Assembly: GCF_002113885.1 (NCBI RefSeq)
Contig: NW_018403833.1
Span: forward strand, 186,001-250,000
Reading direction: 5' to 3'
Length of the DNA stretch: 64,000 bases
Source: Mizuhopecten yessoensis
Taxonomy: Eukaryota
Below the pieces are notes generated by a model. The model did no database searches. It saw only the letters and a program-made list of their open reading frames with translations, and was not told the origin of the DNA. Shown piece after piece: positions 11,501 through 21,200 of the stretch. How positions within the stretch are numbered: the first letter of the stretch is position 1; each line of letters opens with the position of its first letter. Made by a program: the position numbers and the translations under genes.

Positions 11501-12173
11501 AATCCATGAGACAAAACATACGTGGACGTTTCATGTTTTTGACTTTAAGAGCCAATGATGAGTCTTTAATGGGTGTTTATTTAATTTGTTTGTCTTTTCT
11601 GCGCCGATAAACTAGATTCGGAGCTTAATTCCTTACTTCATGTTTCTATAAGCGATCATTTTAAACCTAATATACAGGGTTCATAAAACATAATTTACCA
11701 TAGCACGTTCGGACTGTTTACTATTTTCCAATTCTATTTTTTTTGATAATTATAACTGTTTTTAACGATATTGAGATGATCGACAACATATTGTACTTAG
11801 CATACATAGTTTGTTGAACATTGGCGCTACCGTTAAGGATAAAGTCAGTACTCGCTCATGGGGAAAAAACAGACTTACAATCTTTCGGTGCAGTTTTCTG
11901 TAGTTTCTGTGCAATCGGGGTATATCCCTCGGTCTTAAGTGCTTCGATGAACGTACTGTAGGCATCCCTGTTTCCTGACGACGTCAGTATCTTTATAAAC
12001 TCGTTAAACTGCCTATGTGGAGTAGGTTTGGAGATCTGCTCGATCTGTGCTCTGTGGTGAAATCGGAAAACGTCGTTTTCTATCAATCTGTCGATGATAG
12101 GGTCCAATTCCACCAGCCTCTCTTTCAAGTAGGTCAGGTTCTGGATTATCTTACTTTTCTCGTCGGGATTCAT
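7607..12173 (-). CDS. CARD + linker + coiled-coil protein, paralog B (about 437 aa); join(12173-11879, 9781-9705, 8548-7607)
   Basis: Same exon phases as paralog A, 1314 nt open. The CARD aligns with A (MNPDEKSKIIQNLTYLKERLVELDPIIDRL...AYSTFIEALKTEGY). Both share a VDxQxxxI[ST]DLLQKQ motif near the end of the coiled coil. Confidence 0.85.
9705..9781 (-). CDS. Paralog B exon: short Ser/Arg linker
   Basis: tttcag acceptor and GTAAAT donor; 77 nt, phase 1 to 0, joining the CARD and coiled-coil exons in frame (FVVRSGSRLANRINSASTSAGRKTNY). Confidence 0.7.
11879..12173 (-). CDS. Paralog B exon: CARD domain
   Basis: ATG at 12173, donor GTAAGT at 11878, phase 1. An upstream ttgcag acceptor (about 12218) and a GTAAGT donor at 12410 suggest a non-coding first exon. 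Confidence 0.88.
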
Positions 12174-13463
12174 ATTGTGTTGATACGTTAATACCCCATC
12201 AGTTGCTTCGAATCAAACTGCAATCCCTGTCATGTTAATTCGTAATCCGTCTTCCGAAAAAAACGTCTTCCAAAAAATCTGCTACATCATTTGCTAACAG
12301 TACCTTGTTAAGAGATGAGGTAATTTCCTATTTACAGTTTGTATGTGACATTTAAAGTGGCACATGTTTCAATGGTATGTAAATCCCCATAATGATTCGA
12401 TACGACTTACCGTCCACGTAAACTACAATAAACGGAATCCATATCACAATGTCAGTTAAATCTAAAGGGGACGCAATGCTTCGACTGTTTTGAATAATGA
12501 CTTGGATCGAACTATGAGATAAAGACCTTCCGATTCATTGCGAAATCAATGCCAATAGAGACGCTATTGATACTTCGAACCTTTATAAATATATTGGTCG
12601 CCTATTAATATAAACACGCGAACTATAGGACTATCCGGGTTCCTATTATCTTTTAACTGTATCATCTGAATCTTAATCGTCCATGTACATTATATATTTA
12701 ACCCCACCAAACTCAACTATATAAAACATGTGTAGTCAGATTTACCACGTAAAATAAGTTAAATATAAATCAAGGCTTTATTCGTAATTATTAAAACTGA
12801 AAAATAGGAATGTTCATGTTCTGTAATTTAATTGATTATTGTTCGATAATACGCAAAAACATCTCCTTTTCTGTTTTTATTTTCCTAGTAGTCTGATTTA
12901 AAAAAGAATACTAGACAGATTACTGTTCATTACATTTCAAAAGTTGTTAGTTTTATATTTTTTATAGATTTAAATGGACATAACTGGAGTCAAATTTCAG
13001 TCGTCAAAGTAAGCTCGGCTGTATATTGTAATTATATTTGCATAACAATACAGAAGCATATCATATATATGAGGAACCAGAATTAACTCAATTCTGCACT
13101 CCATGGAAGGCGCCTGTAAACATTTTACCAGTGAAAAGTTCATGTGCAGAATAACGACAATAATGTGTGCAAATGGTTGATTATGGAAAATTTAGTCGTC
13201 TTTTTAAGTATTGAAATACATGGTTATAATTTTTATATAATTTAATTATTTTATATTGCTTATTCAAACTATCATTTTACAGAAGAACCAATGCATTTTC
13301 CCTTTTTAAACCACATATCGCTTCTGTAGAATGAATTATCATGAAAACCGTTGTTTTTATACGGACAGTGGGCGGGTTAACAAAACGATAAATGAAAACG
13401 ATAACTTGATAAACAATTAATCTAACGACCAACAGTACTTGATAAAGGTACCCAGTATTCATT

Positions 13464-14045
13464 TGGTCATAGTGGCAACAGACAATATCTGGGTCATAGT
13501 GACAACAGAAAATATCTGGGTCATAGTGACAACAGGCAATATCTGGGTCATAGTGGCGATAGACAATATCTGGGTTATAGTGACAACAGAAAAAAAACTG
13601 GGTCATAGTGACAGCAGACAATATCTGGGTCATAGTGACAACAGAAAAAAACCTGGGTAATAGTGACAACAGAAAATACCTGGGCCATAGTGACAACAGA
13701 AAATATATGGGTCATAGTGACAACAGAAAAGATATGGGTCATAGTGACAACAGACAAAAATATGGGTTATAGTGACAACAGACAATACCTGGGCCATAGT
13801 GACAACAGAAAATATATGGGTCATAGTGACAACAGAAAAGATATGGGTCATAGTGACAACAGAAAAAAATATGGGTAATAGTGACAACAGAAAATACCTG
13901 GGCCATAGTGCCAACAGAAAATATATGGGTCATAGTGACAACAGACAATATATGGGTCATAGTGACAACAGAAAATACCTGGGTCATAGTGGTAACAGAC
14001 AATATCTGGGTCAAACTGACAACAGAAAATATCTGGTCAGAAAAT
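13464..14045. repeat. 27/28-bp minisatellite, about 21 units, with a 4-unit (109-bp) higher-order repeat
   Basis: Unit GGGTCATAGTGACAACAGAAAATATCT. Confidence 0.95.
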
Positions 14046-15317
14046 ATTTCGTAAAAGACAGAGTTTCTAACTTTCAATTTTATTTCTAATGTAATTTACA
14101 CATTTAATATTACTGATCCCGTAGCTTACTGTAAACTAACCGGACAATGCACACTACATATAAATATTTGGTTTATCATCTTTATAGAATGAGTGTTGAA
14201 TTCTAAATAAATGATAAAACTGTCTTTAAATTTTTTCGACAGTGCTTATATTGTATGGCCTATATAGCATTTGACCCTCCCTCCTTCAATGGGGAACAAC
14301 TTGGTAGAGGAACCGAAGTTGTCTACCCTGAGCTAGATGAAGAATAAGGCCTGAATTAACTATGATATTTAATTACGGTTTTCTTCTATAGGTAAGCCAT
14401 ACGGTTTACACAGGGTATCTAAACATTAGTTCTGTGATTAACTTTCAAACTGTGTCCTGTAAGCCATTTTCGGCTGAATATCACATACAATTACATTTTC
14501 TATTTTATGCATTTGTTAAATATGATACCAGGGGTCAATCAGATTTGTTTTTATATGAAAATAATCTTCCGTTTAAATTATAATTAGCTACTAGATAGTG
14601 TGAATTTAGCAGACCTCGCTGGTAGGGGGCTCCCCAACCCTTGGAAGCCTAAATTTCACTACAAGGCAGAACTAGGAAATGATATCTATATTATATTTAT
14701 GAAACCCTTTATTTATTATGGCATATGATGATAAGTAAGTACAAAATCTAGAGAGCTTGTTAGGTAGGGGCTGTCCCAATCACCTGCTCTCTTGATATGA
14801 ACCTGTGATAGTGTGTTTTAATTTATTAATATATTACGTATTATAACTTTTCTTAACAAAATTATGATATTATGTCTATATATTTTGACATTAAGGTGAT
14901 TATACTGTGTAACTATCTGTGTAACTATATACGTGTACCCGTATCTGCTGAATCCAAGCTCATTTTCTCTAGCAATACAACGAAAAACCCAAACATCACA
15001 TCCATATTCAAGAGAATTGTTAAAATAAAGGTATACAATATTTTATAGCGTGGCCCTTAAATGTATAAATATTTTTATTTTTTTCAAAATGCCCCAAATA
15101 TTTTAGGCTTCAAACTAAAAAAAATCCCCGCTATGGTCATTGTCTATTATTCATTGAAAGGGATCCTTTCTCGGTACTCTCAATTTTTACGCTTTAAAAT
15201 GAAATTTCCTGACCTCGTTTTTAACAATGCAGACGAAATGTTATACATGCTACTGGGACCATATTTTAAGTTATTTTGTATACATATTGTCTACCGATAC
15301 ACGTAAACAAATTATCT

Positions 15318-15580
15318 GGCTTGGTCATGATCAGTTGTCGCTGTAGATGACTCAATCGTCTTTCAACAAAACAGATTGGGTTCGATTCCCCGATTGCGAC
15401 CGTACGGTCATTTTTCTAAAGTATATGGTCATGCTGCATACCCGACACCTGCAACCTGCATTGGATTTCTTCTGGTACTTGCATTGGTTAATTAGGTTTC
15501 CTAGATCACTGAGCGCTTCCATTTTGGTCAGCAACTAGCCGAGAGTGATAAGTTGATTCAAAAGTGTTGTAAAATAAATG
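15318..15580 (+). mobile_element. Diverged copy of the same tRNA-derived SINE
   Basis: B-box GGTTCGATTCC at 15379; patchy similarity to 6751-6960 (ctttca.caa.aca, ttccat...gagtgat, aaataaa). Confidence 0.5.
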
Positions 15581-15889
15581 TAGTTAATTAATTACACACC
15601 CCCTCCCCCCGCCCCCGCACACACTTACTCCAACAATAAAAAAATAAAATAAAAACGAAAACATATTTGATCTTAAAATTTCATTATTTTTTTTTAATTA
15701 ATGGTTGCATTAGGATCAACATTCATAAACATAAAGATATGCTAATTGCATTTAGACCTACATCATAAGATATAACATCATCAAATTTATGAAAAAATGC
15801 CAGACTGTATATTTTATCTAAGACAAAATGAATTAAACGCTCAAGTTATTGTACATTATTAGTGGAATACATGGATCAATGCATTTGTA

Positions 15890-16740
15890 AGCGCCAACCG
15901 TGGACTAGTCTCTTCCGCGTAAGTATAGAAATAGGGTGTAACAAGGTGCGGAAGCCTAGTGGCGGATGAATATTCTTCACTCGGCGTGATTGATTTTCCC
16001 TACAATTCGTCAAGGTTTGTATATATTTTGAAGTTTAAATGATATTTTTTGTTTTCCTGTGTTCACTATCATAACAAAGTTTTACTTAATTGTGTTATAA
16101 ATGGTCAGAAAATCACAGTTACGGCGCAAGTCTGAATTTTATTTACAAAGCAATGCGCATGTCGCTGTCGCCATGTTTGTTTGTAGCTCGGAAACTGCCA
16201 AGTGACCTAGCTAGCAAAATGACTTAAAATGTGTTTGTCTGCGCATATATGTCGTTTATGATGCAACCAGAATAGAGTCCAATAATTAAACATCATAATT
16301 AAAGTAATAATGGGAGCCCATATAGAATATAAAAGTGAATCGTGGTCCAAAATGAACACCCCTTCGGCATCTGTCCTCCTTCGATGCTTTGTAACTGGAG
16401 GTGCGCGCAAGCCCAAGCGCAGTCGCATTGTTTGTAGTAAGATTCTCAACCCTTTGCGCATGTTGACAGTCTATCGCGCAGACGAAGTTGCCCCTGTCCA
16501 GTATAAACAGAAAACCCGCCTGTGTTATCCTTACAAATATAAACATTGAAAATGAAACATTAGAATCCATGTTTGTATTGTCAGTGAGTTCATGTCCTTA
16601 CAAAAACGAGCAAATATGGCGGCCGTCATGTTATTAGCCTGTTGTAGCATCAATGTAATGGGGGCATTAGTAAGCAAAAGCTGAGGGATCAAAGTCAGTG
16701 TGTATACGTTGTTGTGTCGAGATCACGAATAACTTCCTAT
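15890..16740. promoter_or_regulatory. CpG-enriched NRF1 promoter region with YY1-like and NRF1-like motifs
   Basis: Local CpG excess; AATATGGCGGC (16613-16623, +) and AAACATGGCG (16169-16178, -); seven GCGCA cores. Confidence 0.65.
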
Positions 16741-18054
16741 TTCAGTAGATCTACCTCTCCTGAATTATATCTGTTCAGAGTGCCAATTCATGAACTCCCC
16801 CCACCTTCCTTCCTCATGGCTCAAGCACCCCGAGTGCATTCGTGGAATCTAACACAGAAGAATATTGTGATTTCACTTGAAGCCGACACCAAAGAGAAAG
16901 TAGACCTTATATATATAATTATCAATGTGTTTTTTTTAATTTTCTTCTGGTATCTAGCAATGAGCCAGGTTCTCTTTATTTTGATATCCACCTGTCAATT
17001 GTGAACACTTTTTTAGATAAATCATAAGACAAAAAAATCAATATTGTATCTCATTTTAATCCCAGTGAATTATCACCAGAGGACCTGTTTCTGTGCCCAG
17101 ACATTTTATGCATTGATGTGCACATACAGAAAATTTCTAGATGTCAACGTTTAGTTAACGTCTGCAACAATGTTGAAGGAAATTAAACAAAAACGAGTTA
17201 AAGAATATATTTATTACTCAAAAACATGCAGAAATTAAAGAAGCACTGCTACCAAAGCCTTTTATCTGATTAGAAAACAACAGCAATTCATCTTTAAAGG
17301 ATATAATTTTTATAAAAGTTATGAATATTAAATTTCATCGCAACTTTATCTGCTTAAACGTTGTGCATCACTGTCATAGTGGTCTGGTTCAATGGTTCAA
17401 TTTGTCTCCACGGCTATTTTACATGCAACCCCAAAAAGTATGGTATTCCAATATGTTCTTCTGTGAATTTCCTTCTTCATTCTTAGAAGTTGTCAGTATA
17501 ATTCTTTGCTTTGATTCCAAAATGTTGCAGATACAAGCGTAAAATCAGTTTTGTAAACATTTTGAGATATATACTTCCACGTACCTTTCTCAGGTCTGTT
17601 AGCAGTATCACAGTATATGTTGCATGTTCTATATGTAGAGGGCACAGAAACAGGTCACAGAATGGCGTTGTTCCAATATGTAAACAATATATAGTTTATT
17701 ATTTTCAGATCTGCAATATAAGGTTTAGTTTGGGAATTCTGTTAGTATTTAAGACATTGAGCAATCACCAGAAATACATAGTTTCCTAATGTGTAAAGAC
17801 CCCATTGTATGCTTCCATCTTGGCTAACAAGAGTGATTATAGAAGTATAAATTTAAAACTTTATACCCCGATCAACATTTTGTTGTGTAAAATTGAAATC
17901 ATATTTATTGACAAGTTTTCCATAAGTAATCACAATATACAATATACACATTTGTATCAAGTTGATAATTAGTACATTTTTTTCTTTCTTGTATGTTTCA
18001 TAAGGTTCAAAGCAAAATGTGTGAAGAGATGTGATCTTTCTGAGAAGCGTGACA

Positions 18055-18280
18055 ATGAACAACCTCCATGTAACATCGACGGGTGGGATGACGATATGTA
18101 ACATGAACAACTCCAATACGGTGACAATTAACACGTCTCATATGAACAGTCACATGAACTCGGGCATGATCAGCGATGACATCAGTGAACCTAGTTCTCC
18201 GGAGAGTGGACAGTTTGACGCCTCTGATCTTCTTCGCAATGCAGTCACAGACGATGTCACTGCTCAACTAGCAGCTGCAG
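18055..18280 (+). CDS. NRF1: NRF1 coding exon 1
   Basis: Acceptor at 18004, ATG at 18055, ends ...QLAAA G|gttaga. Confidence 0.88.
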
Positions 18281-21200
18281 GTTAGAAATTCCTTTATTCA
18301 TTCTTAATTTTATTCAAATTTTTATTTACTTTCTAAGTTTTAATTTTTTCCTGAATTACTACATAAAACACATACACATTTTTCTTTCCTAAAACTGTTC
18401 ATCATTGTGTATAGATTAATGTTCATCGTCATTATAAAACCTTTATGTCCTAAAAAAAAATAGACCTGTGTCAAAGACATACTATTTGTTCACTGTTTGC
18501 TATTGTCTATTCGTTAGGTACCATTGGGGTTGCGGCTGCTGCAGCAATTGCCTCAAGTAAGAAACGGAAACATCCACATCATTTTGAAACAAATCCCTCA
18601 AAACGGAAACGCCAGCAAACAAGATTGCTAAGGTTTGTATCTCCTTTTGTCTTATTTTTATACAACCGTCAAATTTGATGGTAGTATTATGGTATGGCGT
18701 TGTCCGTCCGTCCGGCGTAAACTTCGTTTTTCCGGCAATATCCTCCTACATTTTTCGACCGATCTCTTTGAAACTAGGTATACATTATAATCATGATATG
18801 AAGTTGTGTCTCCTTTAAAAGAATTTTGATTCGACAATTTTTGCAAAATTTATTGCCTTTTGTTCATTCCAGTATTTGATTTTGTCCGAAGATTTTCTCC
18901 TACATTTTTAGGTCACCTGAGACAAAGTCTCAAGTGACCTATTGCGATCGCCTTTTGTCCGTCGTCATCCGTCGTGCGTCCGTAAACAATTTACATTTTC
19001 GACTTCTTCTCCAAAACCCCTGAACCAATTTCAATGAAATTTTGCAGGGACCTTCCATGGACAAAGGTCAACAAAAATGGTTGCCGGTTTAGTCCTTAGC
19101 CCCCAGGGGTCTGAGGGGCGGGGCCAANNNNNNNNNNNNNNNNNNNNNNNNNNNNNNNNNNNNNNNNNNNNNNNNNNNNNNNNNNNNNNNNNNNNNNNNN
19201 NNNNNNNNNNNNNNNNNNNNNNNNNNNNNNNNNNNNNNNNNNNNNNNNNNNNNNNNNNNNNNNNNNNNNNNNNNNNNNNNNNNNNNNNNNNNNNNNNNNN
19301 NNNNNNNNNNNNNNNNNNNNNNNNNNNNNNNNNNNNNNNNNNNNNNNNNNNNNNNNNNNNNNNNNNNNNNNNNNNNNNNNNNNNNNNNNNNNNNNNNNNN
19401 NNNNNNNNNNNNNNNNNNNNNNNNNNNNNNNNNNNNNNNNNNNNNNNNNNNNNNNNNNNNNNNNNNNNNNNNNNNNNNNNNNNNNNNNNNNNNNNNNNNN
19501 NNNNNNNNNNNNNNNNNNNNNNNNNNNNNNNNNNNNNNNNNNNNNNNNNNNNNNNNNNNNNNNNNNNNNNNNNNNNNNNNNNNNNNNNNNNNNNNNNNNN
19601 NNNNNNNNNNNNNNNNNNNNNNNNNNNNNNNNNNNNNNNNNNNNNNNNNNNNNNNNNNNNNNNNNNNNNNNNNNNNNNNNNNNNNNNNNNNNNNNNNNNN
19701 NNNNNNNNNNNNNNNNNNNNNNNNNNNNNNNNNNNNNNNNNNNNNNNNNNNNNNNNNNNNNNNNNNNNNNNNNNNNNNNNNNNNNNNNNNNNNNNNNNNN
19801 NNNNNNNNNNNNNNNNNNNNNNNNNNNNNNNNNNNNNNNNNNNNNNNNNNNNNNNNNNNNNNNNNNNNNNNNNNNNNNNNNNNNNNNNNNNNNNNNNNNN
19901 NNNNNNNNNNNNNNNNNNNNNNNNNNNNNNNNNNNNNNNNNNNNNNNNNNNNNNNNNNNNNNNNNNNNNNNNNNNNNNNNNNNNNNNNNNNNNGTATTTT
20001 GTTCCACCCCGCAGTACTCTTGTTAACCCTTACAATGATTAGCGTCATCACCAAGGAAAGGAGTCCTTTTTGGTATAGACATAATCTATAATTAGGTCTG
20101 TTTCATTGAAAACCTTTAACCAGATGAGCAAAAATTATGAAAATCAGTCATAAGTATAATAAACTGTAACTGAAACAGGAAACAGAGCAGTGCCAGCCAT
20201 CCAGTCCACTGGTCTACAGATTGAAGGGAAGTTCCTTCTTCTAGCCAACAGCAAGAAAACAACCACTATCATATGTGCCATTAAAACCTGCCCACAACCA
20301 TGTTTTCTATTTTACAGAAAAATGAAAGCTACAATTGATGAGTACACGACACGTGTGGGGCAGCAAGCAGTTGTGTTATGTTGTACACCTGGTAAACTCA
20401 GCCAGGCAGTACAGTCCTTCAAAGTGTTTGGCTCACAACCATTAGAAAATGTGGTATGTTCTCATTTTTTTTTTTTTTTATACATGTAGTAAGTTTATAT
20501 TTGATAATATCAATTTCTTTGGCTGTACATGTATGTCTGCAAAAACGAAGGTTCTACAACCAAACAGTGGTTTTCTATTAAGAGTCAATATATGTCAACT
20601 GTATCTAAACTTTTTCAGATATTGTTCCTTGGTTTTGTACTTGTGAAAATATCTAAAAGTTCTGTGCTGCTTGTGAAATGTATAATATTATTTTAAAATA
20701 AGGAAATCGTTTTCATATATTTATTATAATAGTTAGTGCCTAATAAGGCAGCTCCTGCGAATTCCTCAAAATTGTATTGATTAATGTATATATGCTAATT
20801 GTATTGATTGTATAAATTGTATATTGGCTTTTTCTAGCTTGATAGGGCGCTATATCAAATGTTGTATAATATTTTATTATATATCCTCTATCTATGAAAG
20901 CAAAACTGTTTATTTCTTTAAAGATACGGAGCAACAGAAATGTTGTGATGCAGGAACTAGAAACTTGTTTAGCAGACCAAGCACCTCCTTCTCATACAGA
21001 TAATACGGGATTACATGAGTTACCTCCCTTAGTTATCGATGGCATTCCAACACCTGTCGACAAAATGACACAGGTAATATTGTTTATCTCATAAAAATAT
21101 GCATTACTTTCTTTTTTAGTCCAAAAACGACATATGTTTTTGTGTGTGTATGAAAAGGCAATTGTTTTCATACATTATGAAGTGTTTATTGTTGAAGGGA

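Larger units (their letters stand above)
18655..20024 (+). mobile_element. HINE/Helentron-type non-autonomous element (family A), interrupted by a nested element and a gap
   Basis: The 5' end (ttttatac..ccgtc, CCGT microsatellite) and 3' end (gttccaccccgcagtactcttgtt) match the reverse-oriented intact copy at 59162-59690. Confidence 0.75.

Noticed and set aside
3400-12173. Naming the CARD genes MAVS, CARD9 or caspase
   Set aside because: No C-terminal transmembrane anchor, no QACxG protease domain, and no recognisable CARD9 sequence beyond the architecture
13277-14089. Repetitive ORFs (VIVTTENIW, CCHYDP) and a CRISPR-like appearance
   Set aside because: Translations of a minisatellite; no unique spacers, no cas genes, eukaryotic context
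14268-14347. Protein-like short frame FDPPSFNGEQLGRGTEVVYPELDEE*
   Set aside because: Too short, with no convincing acceptor or partner exons
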